Shown: one piece after another, positions 46,137-55,830 of the stretch
Position numbering within the stretch: position 1 is the stretch's first letter
Layout: every line of letters begins with the position of its first letter
NCBI GenBank assembly: GCA_937928755.1
Contig: CALEZI010000117.1
Coordinates: forward strand, 21,541-85,540
From: an uncultured Rhodanobacteraceae bacterium
GTDB taxonomy: Bacteria > Pseudomonadota > Gammaproteobacteria > Xanthomonadales > SZUA-5
Length of the DNA stretch: 64,000 bases
Direction: 5' to 3'
Notes under the pieces: model-generated
What the model was told of the DNA's origin: nothing
Database searches by the model: none
Seen by the model: the letters and a program-made list of their open reading frames with translations, nothing else
Program-made: the position numbers and the translations under genes

Positions 46137-47822
46137 ATGAGATTCGGAAGCCCGACCATGCGCTCCCCCTTGCTGCCGCTTGCGCTGACGCTGCTCGCGT
46201 CATTCACCTTCGCCGCAACATCCGTGTGCGCCCAGGGTGGCCCGCCGCCACTGCCGCCACTCGGTCCGCCACCTGTTCCTGCAGAAAATCCGCAGACCGC
46301 GGCGAAGATCGCGCTTGGCCAGGCGCTGTTCTGGGATGAGCAACTGTCGATCACCGGCACGGTCGCCTGCGGCACCTGCCACATGCCGCGCGCCGGCGGC
46401 AACGAGCCGCGCACCGCACAGCCGAACGCCGCCAGCGTGCATCCCGGCGCGGACCAGTTGTTCGGCAGCGCCGACGATATCGTCGGTTCGATCGGCGTGG
46501 CCGTACACGACGCCAGCGGCCTGTACCAACGCCATCCTTTGTTCGGAATGGCGCCGCAGGTGGGCACTCGCCAGTCGCAATCGGCGATCAATTCGGCGTA
46601 TCCGCCGACCTTGTTCTGGGACGGTCGCGCTGGCGGCACCTTTCTCGATCCCGACACGCAGGCGCCAGTGATCGCCGTCGGCGGCGCCCTGGAGAATCAG
46701 GCGCTCGGTCCGGTGGTCAACAATGTCGAGATGGCGCATTCCGGCCGCACCCTGTCTGACGTTGCAGCGCGTATCGCCGACGTGCGCCGCTTGCGCCTGT
46801 CGCCGAGCATTCCGCCGGCACTGTCGGACTGGATCGCCAACCGCGACTATCCTGCCCTGTTCGCCGAGGTGTTCGGCAGCGCCGAGATCAGTTCGGCACG
46901 GATCGCGCTGGCGGTCGCCAGCTACCAACGCTCGCTGGTCGCCAATCAGACGCCTCACGACCTGCAGAGCGCCGGTCAACCAGCGATGACCCAGGCCGAA
47001 ATCGCCGGTCGCCAGGCATTCCTGCAGGCCGGCTGCGCGCGCTGCCACGGTGGCCCACTGCTCAGCGACAACAATTTCCACTACATCGGCGCGCGACCAC
47101 AGGGCGCTGATCCGGGCCGATTCGCGGTAACCGGCAACAACGCCGACCGTGGGCGCATGCGCACGCCGCCGCTGCGCAACGTCGAACTGTCACCGCCGTA
47201 CATGGCCGATGGCCGCTTGCGCACGCTCGAAGAAGTGGTCGACTTCTACAACCGCGGTGGCGACTTCACGGCGCCGAACAAGGACCCCCGCATCGTGCCG
47301 CTGGGCCTGACGCCGCAACAGCGCGCCGCCATCGTCAGCTTCCTGCGGCGGCCGCTCACCGATGTGCGCGCGCAGAACGAAACCGGACCGTTCGAACGCC
47401 CGATGCTGCTCAGCGAGTCGCCGTTCGCGCCGCAGCCTGCGACCGCAGGAACGCCAGGACAGGGAGGTATCGCACCGCGGCTGATCGCCATCGAACCGCC
47501 ACTCGCCGGCAGCAGCGAGTTCACCATCGGCGTCGACCTTGGCCGGGCATCTGCGAGCGCTCGCGCGCTGCTGGCGTTGACCGACCCTACCGAAGCGACC
47601 GCATCGGCGCTGTTGCAGCGGAACTTCACGCTCGCCGCGGATGGCAGCGCCTCGCTGAACCTGGATCTTCCGAATGACGAGGACCTTCGCGACCTGACCC
47701 TGTACCTGCGGGTGTTTGTCGAAGACCCGGCAGCGAGCGGCGGTTGGTCGTCGAGCAACAGCGTCCGTTTCCAGTTGCTCGAGATCAACGACGCCTTGTT
47801 CGCGCATGGATTCGAGGATTGA
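46137..47822 (+). CDS. di-haem cytochrome c peroxidase (CCP/MauG) family protein with a C-terminal extension
   Basis: Signal peptide. Haem motifs CGTCHMP and CARCHGG. PPLRNVELSPPYMADGRLRTLEEVVDFYNRGG is typical of CCP/MauG. An extra ~170-aa C-terminal region ends in ALFAHGFED. Confidence 0.8.
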   Translation: MRFGSPTMRSPLLPLALTLLASFTFAATSVCAQGGPPPLPPLGPPPVPAENPQTAAKIALGQALFWDEQLSITGTVACGTCHMPRAGGNEPRTAQPNAASVHPGADQLFGSADDIVGSIGVAVHDASGLYQRHPLFGMAPQVGTRQSQSAINSAYPPTLFWDGRAGGTFLDPDTQAPVIAVGGALENQALGPVVNNVEMAHSGRTLSDVAARIADVRRLRLSPSIPPALSDWIANRDYPALFAEVFGSAEISSARIALAVASYQRSLVANQTPHDLQSAGQPAMTQAEIAGRQAFLQAGCARCHGGPLLSDNNFHYIGARPQGADPGRFAVTGNNADRGRMRTPPLRNVELSPPYMADGRLRTLEEVVDFYNRGGDFTAPNKDPRIVPLGLTPQQRAAIVSFLRRPLTDVRAQNETGPFERPMLLSESPFAPQPATAGTPGQGGIAPRLIAIEPPLAGSSEFTIGVDLGRASASARALLALTDPTEATASALLQRNFTLAADGSASLNLDLPNDEDLRDLTLYLRVFVEDPAASGGWSSSNSVRFQLLEINDALFAHGFED

Positions 47823-47921
47823 CACATGAAACCCGGCAACGATGAGCGCCGGTTCGCGCTGCGCCGTTGACGCGAACTCGCGACAAGCGATGGTCGTGCT
47901 GGCGGCAGGAATCCAGGAAAC

Positions 47922-49430
47922 TCAGCCGCAGGGTCGCCACAGGACATACGGGCCGTGGTCGCGGAACAGCCCCAAGCGCCACAACATTGGCGACGGCACC
48001 GGACGCGGCACCAGATCGGGAGACACCGATCGCCCCTGCGCATCGATCCATTCACCTGGGCAATAGCCGGCACCCCGCAACTTGTCGTCGAGATCGTCGA
48101 CCAGCACCCAGGTGCCGGTCGAATCGATCGCGCGAATCACGACATCCGGAGCGAATCGCTTGAGCCACAGGAGCACCTGGTCCCCGCCATCGCCTGGGTA
48201 GGAGCGCACCATGCGCAGGCCATGGGAACGGCCGCTCTCGTAGAAATCCCAGCTGTAATCGGCCACGGCGGTACCAGCGGGCAGTTCACTCAACCAGGTC
48301 TGTCGGGGTGCGATGCGGACCTCGTTGACCAGGGCAAACCCGACTCGCAACACCATCAGCGCGATCGCAACGCCTACCGCAACCACCAGGTACCGCCGCC
48401 AGGCGTCGACCTGAAGCGAACTTCGACTCTGTCCTATCAGCAACGCCGTCGCAGCGACGCAGTACATCAGCAGGTAGGGAATGCGAAACGGATAAAAGCC
48501 ACTGGCGAAAATCAGGCAAATGCCGGTGAACAGCATCAGCGCCACCCAACGCGGGCGAATCAACATCAGGGCAACAAAGCCCGGAAGCACCAGGAACAGA
48601 CTGACCGCCAGCAACGACGGAATACTGCGCAGCGAGTCCCACGAGGTCCACGCCGTGAACAACGGATTCGACGCGTGAGCCTGCCGCACCGACCAGATAT
48701 GAGCAATGTCGATGGTCGCCAGTACCACCAGTATTGGCACTCCGAGAAATGCCGCCGACGCCTTGCCCGGAGCGGCGCCGCTGCGTCGCAGGCGAATCCA
48801 GTTCCACAGCCAGTGCGATGCCAGCAGCGGACCGAGCAGCACTGCGCTGATCCAGACCGAAGGCGCAAACGCGCATGCGGCATAACCGATGGCGACCAGC
48901 GTCCAGCCCGGGCGCGCCGCGAGCACCCGCGCGCCGCCAATGTCGGCAAGCAACAGGCCGCCGATCGCAAAAAACAGCGCCAGGGCGTCTGGTCGCCCCA
49001 GCACGACCGACTGGGCCAGCGTCGGATCCAACAGGACCGCTGCAGCCAGCAGCAGCGCCAAGCCGGTTCCCAAGCCGTGGTTCCTGGCCAACCGAAAGAT
49101 TGCTGCGGCCACCAGCATCATTGCCAGAATGCTCAGCCAGCGGAAGGCGACCACGCTTGCGCTCAGCCGAAACAGCAACTCGGACAGGATCGGACCGAAC
49201 CAGGCGACGATCCTGAGCGAGGTGCCGTCGGCGAACATGTACATCGAATGGGTCGTCGATGGATCGAGCAATACCCGGCCCCATTCGATCAACCAGATCT
49301 CGTCGATGAATACGCGCGTTCGCCACGCCAACCAGCCGGCAACGCACAGATAAAGCGCGCCGCCGAGCCCGATCGGCAGCGACCACCGTGGCGAATCTGG
49401 CGCCGGCGGCGCCCAGGTGCCTGCCGTCAC
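47922..49430 (-). CDS. polytopic membrane protein, GT-C-like (ArnT/PMT_2-like) glycosyltransferase candidate
   Basis: The GTG at 49430 is preceded by GGAGGA. There are about 11-12 hydrophobic helices, a DE pair in the first loop (VFIDEIW), and a C-terminal soluble domain. The longer track ORF (to 49862) would overlap the pmm gene. Confidence 0.55.
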   Translation of the reverse strand: MTAGTWAPPAPDSPRWSLPIGLGGALYLCVAGWLAWRTRVFIDEIWLIEWGRVLLDPSTTHSMYMFADGTSLRIVAWFGPILSELLFRLSASVVAFRWLSILAMMLVAAAIFRLARNHGLGTGLALLLAAAVLLDPTLAQSVVLGRPDALALFFAIGGLLLADIGGARVLAARPGWTLVAIGYAACAFAPSVWISAVLLGPLLASHWLWNWIRLRRSGAAPGKASAAFLGVPILVVLATIDIAHIWSVRQAHASNPLFTAWTSWDSLRSIPSLLAVSLFLVLPGFVALMLIRPRWVALMLFTGICLIFASGFYPFRIPYLLMYCVAATALLIGQSRSSLQVDAWRRYLVVAVGVAIALMVLRVGFALVNEVRIAPRQTWLSELPAGTAVADYSWDFYESGRSHGLRMVRSYPGDGGDQVLLWLKRFAPDVVIRAIDSTGTWVLVDDLDDKLRGAGYCPGEWIDAQGRSVSPDLVPRPVPSPMLWRLGLFRDHGPYVLWRPCG

Positions 49431-49485
49431 TGATCCTCCCGCGCGTTCATCCGCTCGCGCTTGCGCAGCCCGAGCCCGTGAGCCC

Positions 49486-50874
49486 TCAGTGCCCCGCCCC
49501 GACGTGCGCATCCGGCTTGACCGCCAGGACCTGCGCCATGAACTGCGCCTGGATGCGCGCCAGTGCCTCCGGCGTGTGGCCTTCGAAGCGCAGTACCAGC
49601 ACCGGGGTGGTGTTGGAGGCGCGCACCAATCCAAATCCGTCGGCGAATTCGGCACGCAAGCCATCGATGGTGATGACTTCCAGGGCACCCTCGAACGTCG
49701 CCGTCTGGCGCAGCTTCTCCACCAGCGCGTGATGCTCACCCTCGGCGCACGAGATGTTGAGTTCCGGGGTGCTGAAGCTGGTCGGCAATGCGTCGAGCAC
49801 GGCGCTCGGATCCGCTGATCGACTGAGGATTTCGAGCAGGCGCCCGGCGGTGTAAGTGGCATCGTCGAAGCCGTACCAGCGCTCCGAGAAAAAGATGTGG
49901 CCGCTCATTTCGCCGGCCAGCGGTGCGCCGGTTTCCTTAAGGCGCGCCTTGATCAGCGAGTGCCCGGTCTTGTACATCTCTGGAACGCCACCCGCCTCGC
50001 GAATTGCCAATGCCAGGCGCTGACTGCACTTGACGTCGAAAATGATGCGACCTCCGGGCACCCGCGACAGCACGTCGCGCGCAAACAGCACCAACTGGCG
50101 ATCGGGGAAAATGTTGTTGCCCTGGCGCGTCACCACCCCGAGGCGGTCGCCGTCGCCATCGAAGGCCAGACCCAGATCGGCGCCGCCGGCCGCGACCGCC
50201 GCGATCAGGTCGACCAGGTTTTCCGGCTTGGACGGGTCGGGATGGTGATTGGGGAAATCGCCGTCGACCTCCGAGTACAGTTCGGTCACCTCGCAGCCGA
50301 GCGCGCGCAGGATGCCGGGCGCAGACGCTCCCGGGATGCCGTTGCCGGAATCAACCACGATCTTCAGTGGGCGCGCCAGTTGGATGTCGCCGACGATGCG
50401 CGCGGTGTATTCGGCAAGCACATCGAGCTGCGTGTGGCCGCCCTGCCCGCTGGCATAGTCCTCGGTTTCGATGCGCGCGCGCAGGCCCTGGATGTCGTCG
50501 CCATAGATCGCCTTTCCGGCCAGCACCATCTTGAAGCCGTTGTAATCCTTGGGATTGTGGCTGCCGGTCACCTGGATGCCGCTGCGACAACCGATGTCGC
50601 CGCGAGTGGCCGCTACGTAGTACAGCATCGGCGTGGTTACCGCACCGAGCTCGATCACGTCGATGCCGCTGGCGCGCAGGCCCTTGATCAGCGCCGCGCT
50701 CAGGGACGGGCCAGATATGCGCCCGTCACGGCCGATGGCCACTGCGCGTTCGCCGAGCTTGAGCGCTTCGGTGCCGAATGCGCGCCCGAGATGCTCGGCG
50801 AAAGTTTCGTCGATCGTCTTGCCGACTACGCCACGAATGTCGTAAGCCTTGAAGATGGAAGCGTTGACGTGCAT
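49486..50874 (-). CDS. algC: phosphomannomutase/phosphoglucomutase
   Basis: FKAYDIRGVVG, the active-site TGSHNP.DYNGFK, metal-binding FDGDGDR, GEMSGH, and the C-terminal RASNTTPVLVLRFE. Colinear with P. aeruginosa AlgC. Confidence 0.9.
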   Translation of the reverse strand: MHVNASIFKAYDIRGVVGKTIDETFAEHLGRAFGTEALKLGERAVAIGRDGRISGPSLSAALIKGLRASGIDVIELGAVTTPMLYYVAATRGDIGCRSGIQVTGSHNPKDYNGFKMVLAGKAIYGDDIQGLRARIETEDYASGQGGHTQLDVLAEYTARIVGDIQLARPLKIVVDSGNGIPGASAPGILRALGCEVTELYSEVDGDFPNHHPDPSKPENLVDLIAAVAAGGADLGLAFDGDGDRLGVVTRQGNNIFPDRQLVLFARDVLSRVPGGRIIFDVKCSQRLALAIREAGGVPEMYKTGHSLIKARLKETGAPLAGEMSGHIFFSERWYGFDDATYTAGRLLEILSRSADPSAVLDALPTSFSTPELNISCAEGEHHALVEKLRQTATFEGALEVITIDGLRAEFADGFGLVRASNTTPVLVLRFEGHTPEALARIQAQFMAQVLAVKPDAHVGAGH

Positions 50875-51024
50875 GAGTATCCCCTGATGGGCATGTTCGA
50901 TGGTCGTCGATACTAGCGGCTGTGTTGGCGAGCCCCGTGACAGCGGACAAACTGCGCCGGGGCGGTGACCGGGAAGCAGAAGCTCGCGACTCAAGATCGC
51001 CGCCACAGATTGCCAACAGGAATC

Positions 51025-52803
51025 TCAACGTACGACGCCAGAGACTGCACCTTCGAAACCATCCGAAAACATCGGTGCGGCGTAGCGGACATCCAGAAAT
51101 GGCCGCGCGCTGCCGAGCACTTCGGCAATGCCGCGGTGCTGCAGCACGCTGCCGGTGACGCTGCGCGAACGGAGGGTTCCGTCGGGCTGCAACTCGTCCA
51201 CCACATCGACCGTTTCGGCAAATTCGGCGGGCGCCAGCAGCGCATCGCCATCCTTGAAGGCGACGCGATGAACGCCGGCATCCACCGTCGTGAACGCGAG
51301 CCGGAACTGGGTCAGCCCACTGCGGTTGATCGCCGCCAGCCCCGCAGGCGTCAGATCGACCCGCCAGGCGTAGTACTCGGCAGCCGCGCTTCCGACGAAA
51401 CAGCCGACATCCTGTGCATCGGCATCGGCCGTGGCGTCGCCGGGCTCGACTTCCGGCGCACCGAAGCTTCCAGTGGCCACATCGAGACGCGGCGGGCCGA
51501 GATTGCCGGCGGTGATCGGATTGGTTCCGCTGCGCGATTCCTGCAGCAGGTAGAGGCTCGCCGAGACGATCTCGGCGCCATCGGGAACGGCGCTGGTATC
51601 GATGGACACGATGCCGCGGGTCAGGCGCACACCGTCGTCGCCGACGATCACCGCGTTGGTGCCGCTGGCGACGCCGTCGGCCCAGCCGTCGAAGGCCCCG
51701 CCCTGCGATGGCAGGCTGGCCGAAATCTCACCACGAAACCGCGGAAAAAAGTGGGTTTCCGCCTGTACGCCGACCTTGTAGAGATAACCCTCGGCATCGA
51801 GATGGATTGGATCGGCCGAGATTCCCGAGTTCAGGCGAAAGTTCTCGCGCAGACTCGGTCGCGCCGGATTGCCGGCCGGGAACGGCAAGTAGGCGGGCGC
51901 CAGTTGCCCCGGTCGCGGCAGGATGCCGGCGGCTGTCTGGCCATCGCCGTAGTAGTGGTGCATCTCGCCGACGCCGTGATCGAAGGCCAGTCGCGGATCG
52001 CCGTTGGTCCAGGCCATGCGCCGCGTTTCGACATCCAGATTCATCGCATTGATCTCGGCGTCGGTCACCAGCGCATTGGCGGGATCGCGGCTGAGGTCGT
52101 TGCGCTTGGGGCAGGCGTAGATCCAGCACCACAGCGGCGACACGTTGAAATTGGGGTATTCGTAACTGGAAATGATGACGTCGATCTGCGGGCGGACGTT
52201 GACGAACGACTGCGCGATTGCGTCGCTGTGCTGCAACACGCGAGCGAACAGCGCCTCTTCCGCTCCCGGCACGTCGAGGTCCATGTCCTTGTACCAGCCG
52301 CCACCCGACCTGCCCGCCAGAATGTCATTGCCGCCGATGCTGAGAACCACGCTGTCGATGCTGGGAAGCGCCTGCAATTCGGATACCACGTTTGCCGCCC
52401 ACGGATAACTGGCGCCATTGACCCACTCGCGCGCCTCGCTGCCTGATATCGCGTACTCGGGACCGCTGTAACCGGGCCCGGGATTGCTGCCGAGCGAGCG
52501 ACTGACAGCGCGTTTGTCGGCATGCCCGAACTTGTCGAAGACCTCGTTGTGCGCATCGTCGTCCCACATGAACTGCGCCCAGCTGTCGCCGGCGATCAGC
52601 ACGCGTGGAAGCGGCGCGGTAACTGCGCATGCCCCCGCTATGGCCGTCGGCCGCTGGGCACGTTCGCGAACGCCCGAGTAGTTCCACGGATAGGTCCCGC
52701 CGCGCACCGCCGGCGCACTGACGGATGCATCGGTCGCTGCCACCGGGTTGGCCGATGCCAGCGCAATCACCACCAGCAAACACCGATGTGCGGTCAGGGA
52801 CAT
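51025..52803 (-). CDS. secreted SGNH/GDSL-family hydrolase with a large C-terminal domain
   Basis: Signal peptide MSLTAHRCLLVVIALASA, block I VLIAGDSWAQF, block III SIGGNDIL. An alternative start lies at 52830. Confidence 0.65.
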   Translation of the reverse strand: MSLTAHRCLLVVIALASANPVAATDASVSAPAVRGGTYPWNYSGVRERAQRPTAIAGACAVTAPLPRVLIAGDSWAQFMWDDDAHNEVFDKFGHADKRAVSRSLGSNPGPGYSGPEYAISGSEAREWVNGASYPWAANVVSELQALPSIDSVVLSIGGNDILAGRSGGGWYKDMDLDVPGAEEALFARVLQHSDAIAQSFVNVRPQIDVIISSYEYPNFNVSPLWCWIYACPKRNDLSRDPANALVTDAEINAMNLDVETRRMAWTNGDPRLAFDHGVGEMHHYYGDGQTAAGILPRPGQLAPAYLPFPAGNPARPSLRENFRLNSGISADPIHLDAEGYLYKVGVQAETHFFPRFRGEISASLPSQGGAFDGWADGVASGTNAVIVGDDGVRLTRGIVSIDTSAVPDGAEIVSASLYLLQESRSGTNPITAGNLGPPRLDVATGSFGAPEVEPGDATADADAQDVGCFVGSAAAEYYAWRVDLTPAGLAAINRSGLTQFRLAFTTVDAGVHRVAFKDGDALLAPAEFAETVDVVDELQPDGTLRSRSVTGSVLQHRGIAEVLGSARPFLDVRYAAPMFSDGFEGAVSGVVR

Positions 52804-52864
52804 CAGGCGGGATCTCGCGCAAATCGGCACCCGAGCATAACAACGTTGACCGTTTCGCCTGCCG

Positions 52865-53902
52865 TCAATGGCGCTTCAACACCCGCGGCTCGATCTCCAG
52901 CTCCACCCCGAAACGCGCCTGCACATCGACCTGGATGCGTCGCGCCAGCGCCAGGATGTCGCGACCGCTGGCGTTCCCGTAGTTGACCAGCACCAGCGCG
53001 TGCTGCTGGTGCACGCCGGCATCGCCGTCGCGGAAACCCTTCCAGCCGCAAGACTCGATCAGCCAGCCGGCAGCGAGCTTGGCCTGTCCGCGTCCAGCCG
53101 GATACAGCGGCAGGCCGGGGTATTCGGCCTTGAGCCCTTCCACGCGGTCGAGCGACAGCAGCGGATTCTTGAAAAAGCTGCCGGCATTGCCGAGCGTCGC
53201 CGGATCCGGCAGCTTGCGACGACGGATTGCGGCCACCGCGTGGAAGACGTCGACCGGCGCCGGCCTCGATACATCCATCGCCCGCAGTTCTTCACGCAAG
53301 CCGGCGTAATCGAGCCGCAATTCCGGCGTGCCGGACAGCGCAAATTCGACGGCCACGATCAGATGGCGTCCGTTTTCGTGCTTGAAGCGACTGTCGCGGT
53401 AGCTGAATCCGCAATCGGCGGCCTCGATGCGAACGAAGCGTCGCTCGACGCGATCGAACGCTTCGACCGCGACAACGAAACGCTCGAGCTCGACCCCGTA
53501 GGCGCCGATGTTCTGGATTGGCGCCGCGCCGACATTGCCGGGAATCAGCGCCAGGTTTTCCAGGCCGAACGCGCCGCGATCGAGCGTGGCGCCGACGAAC
53601 GCGTGCCAGTTCTCGCCGGCTGCGGCGCGCACCCGGATCCACCCGTCATCGCCCTGCCCGCGCCATTCAATGCCGCGCAATTGCGGCTGCAGCACCAGCG
53701 CATCGAGGTCGTCGACGATCAACACGTTGCTGCCGCCGCCGAGCACCTCCACTGGCAGACCCTCGCGATCGGCGTAGTCGAGTGCCGCCATCAGGCCTTC
53801 ATGCGAATCGATCCGCGCCAGCGCCCGCGCACGCGCCGCGACACCGAAACTGTTCAGCGGTCGCAGGTCGGCGTTGGGGGTGAGCGTGAAGGGTCTGGTC
53901 AT
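52865..53902 (-). CDS. murB: UDP-N-acetylenolpyruvoylglucosamine reductase
   Basis: L..LNSFG....A, the FAD-binding LGGGSN.L, GAAPIQNIGAYGVE, and the C-terminal GSFFKNP motifs of MurB. Confidence 0.9.
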   Translation of the reverse strand: MTRPFTLTPNADLRPLNSFGVAARARALARIDSHEGLMAALDYADREGLPVEVLGGGSNVLIVDDLDALVLQPQLRGIEWRGQGDDGWIRVRAAAGENWHAFVGATLDRGAFGLENLALIPGNVGAAPIQNIGAYGVELERFVVAVEAFDRVERRFVRIEAADCGFSYRDSRFKHENGRHLIVAVEFALSGTPELRLDYAGLREELRAMDVSRPAPVDVFHAVAAIRRRKLPDPATLGNAGSFFKNPLLSLDRVEGLKAEYPGLPLYPAGRGQAKLAAGWLIESCGWKGFRDGDAGVHQQHALVLVNYGNASGRDILALARRIQVDVQARFGVELEIEPRVLKRH

Positions 53903-53944
53903 CGCTCGTCGCTGTTCCGGGCGAATGCTGAAGAGGAGCAATCC

Positions 53945-54068
53945 TTATCCGCAAAAGACGCAAAAGACGCAAAGGACGCAAAGAAAGCAGGAACGCGAAC
54001 AGTGGCCATGTAACTTTCCCTGCTCCCCTTTGCGTCCTTTGCGTCCTTTGCGTCCTTTGCGGACAAAA
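53945..54068. repeat. family-A k-mer-arm hairpin element (best-preserved copy)
   Basis: ATCCGCAAAAGACGCAAAAGACGCAAAGGACGCAAAGAAAGCAGG ... CCTGCTCCCCTTTGCGTCCTTTGCGTCCTTTGCGTCCTTTGCGGAC, with a loop of about 28 nt. Confidence 0.9.
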
Positions 54069-54112
54069 CAGAAGGGTCGACGAGCGATCAACGCGCGGGT
54101 CTGCTCGCGTAC

Positions 54113-55138
54113 CTACCCACGCGCCCGCAGCGCCTCGACGCATTCGCCGATCAGCTCCGGGCCGCGGTAGATCATGCCGCTGTAGAACTGCACCAGTTGC
54201 GCTCCGGCATCGAACTTGGCCGCCGCGTCGACGCCGCTCAGGATGCCGCCAACGCCGACGATCGGCACGCGTGCGCCGATGCGTTCGTGCATGCCGCGTT
54301 GTACCTCGGTGGAGCGCGCCATCAGCGGCCTGCCCGACAGGCCGCCGGCTTCGCTCGCCAACGGGTGCCCAGCGATGACGTGGCGATCGATGGTGGTGTT
54401 GGTGCAGATCAGCCCGTCGATGCCGGAAGCCAGCAGCACCTCGGCGATGCCATCCATCTCGTTCATGGTCAGGTCGGGCGCGATCTTCAGCAACATCGGC
54501 TTGCGCTTTCCGTGCACGCCGGCCAGGCGCTCCTGGGCCTCGCGCAAGGTGCCGATGAAGCGCGCCAGCGCCTTTTCCTCCTGCAGGTCGCGCAGGCCTT
54601 CGGTATTCGGCGACGAGATGTTCACGGTGATATAGGTCGCCAGCGGATACACGCGCTGCAGGCACGCAAGGTAGTCATCGACTGCACGCTGGTTCGGCGT
54701 GTCCTTGTTGCGACCGATGTTGATGCCAAGTACGCCCTGGAAGCGGCTGCACTCGATGTTGCGTACCAGCGCATCCACTCCCTGATTGTTGAATCCGAGG
54801 CGATTGATCACCGCCTGGCGATCCGGCAGACGGAACATGCGTGGCTTGGCGTTTCCCGGCTGCGGGCGCGGCGTGATCGTGCCGACTTCGATGAAGCCGA
54901 AGCCGAGCGACCCCAGCGCATCGATGTGCGCCGCATTCTTGTCGAGCCCCGCTGCCAATCCGACCGGGTTCGGGAAATCGATGCCGAATACGCGTGTCGG
55001 CAAAGGCTGCGGGCGCGTGGCGAGCAACGGGTTCAAGCCGCTGCGGTAAGCCAGTTCGATCGCCTTCAGGCCCAACTCGTGAGCACGCTCGGCGTCGAGG
55101 GCGAACAACAACGGCTGCGCGAGGCGATAGAGCGACAT
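54113..55138 (-). CDS. pyrD: dihydroorotate dehydrogenase (quinone), class 2
   Basis: [40 protein letters not shown], and GGLSG.P, colinear with E. coli PyrD. ATG at 55138. Confidence 0.9.
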   Translation of the reverse strand: MSLYRLAQPLLFALDAERAHELGLKAIELAYRSGLNPLLATRPQPLPTRVFGIDFPNPVGLAAGLDKNAAHIDALGSLGFGFIEVGTITPRPQPGNAKPRMFRLPDRQAVINRLGFNNQGVDALVRNIECSRFQGVLGINIGRNKDTPNQRAVDDYLACLQRVYPLATYITVNISSPNTEGLRDLQEEKALARFIGTLREAQERLAGVHGKRKPMLLKIAPDLTMNEMDGIAEVLLASGIDGLICTNTTIDRHVIAGHPLASEAGGLSGRPLMARSTEVQRGMHERIGARVPIVGVGGILSGVDAAAKFDAGAQLVQFYSGMIYRGPELIGECVEALRARG

Positions 55139-55143
55139 CGCGA

Positions 55144-55668
55144 TCAGTTGCCCAAAGGCTTGGCGTAGACCTCGAACCACAGGTCCTGACGCTTGGGAAG
55201 TCCGAATCGTTCGTCGCCGTAGGGAAACGGTGCACGCTCGCCGGTCGCCGTGTAACCGCGCCGCTGATAAAAGGCGATCAGCTCGCTACGCGTCCAGATC
55301 ACCGTCATGCGCACGCTGCCCACCTTCCAGCTTGCCGCAAGGCGCTCACATTCGCGCAGGATGGCATCGCCGATGCCCTGTCCCTGCAGGCCAGGTCGCA
55401 CCGCGAACATGCCGAAGTACGCCGCATCGCCCTGCCGCTCCAGATTGGCGCAGCCCAGCAACTCGCCATCGCGCTCCGCCAGCACGATGACCGAGCCATC
55501 CTTGTCGATGGTGGCGCGCAGCCCATCGCAATCCGTCCGCTGGCCATCGAGCAGATCGGCCTCGGTGGTCCAGCCCTGGCGACTGGCGTCGCCGCGATAA
55601 GCGGACTCGACCAGTTCCAGCAGGGCGGGAATGTCGTCGTGCGTGGCGGGGCGGAAGGCGAGGGTCAT
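55144..55668 (-). CDS. GNAT-family N-acetyltransferase
   Basis: The acetyl-CoA motif A is present ([17 protein letters not shown]), and at 174 aa the size fits the family. ATG at 55668. Confidence 0.75.
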   Translation of the reverse strand: MTLAFRPATHDDIPALLELVESAYRGDASRQGWTTEADLLDGQRTDCDGLRATIDKDGSVIVLAERDGELLGCANLERQGDAAYFGMFAVRPGLQGQGIGDAILRECERLAASWKVGSVRMTVIWTRSELIAFYQRRGYTATGERAPFPYGDERFGLPKRQDLWFEVYAKPLGN

Positions 55669-55718
55669 GGGAGTGGGGTTGGTTCGGTGCGGACGGAGGT
55701 GGCGGGTGGCGGGGGGAA

Positions 55719-55830
55719 GTGAAACGTTAAATGTCAAACGTCAAACGTCAATTGAAAAGCACGGCGGGCAGCGCTTTTCGTTTCACGTTTCACGTTTCAC
55801 GTTTCACACCTTTCACCTTTCACGTTTCAC
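55719..55830. repeat. k-mer-arm hairpin element, type B (7-mer GTGAAAC/GTCAAAC arms)
   Basis: Left arm GTGAAACGTTAAATGTCAAACGTCAAACGTCAATTGAAAAGC, a 12-nt loop, and right arm GCTTTTC(GTTTCAC)x4 ACCTTTCACCTTTCACGTTTCAC. The right arm overlaps the last codons and the stop of ispG. Confidence 0.8.

Noticed and set aside
49431-49862. N-terminal extension of the GT-C-like membrane protein to 49862 (646 aa)
   Set aside because: The extension overlaps the 3' end of the strongly supported algC-type gene and is Arg/Ser/Pro-rich. An internal GTG with a GGAGGA Shine-Dalgarno at 49430 begins just before the first TM helix.
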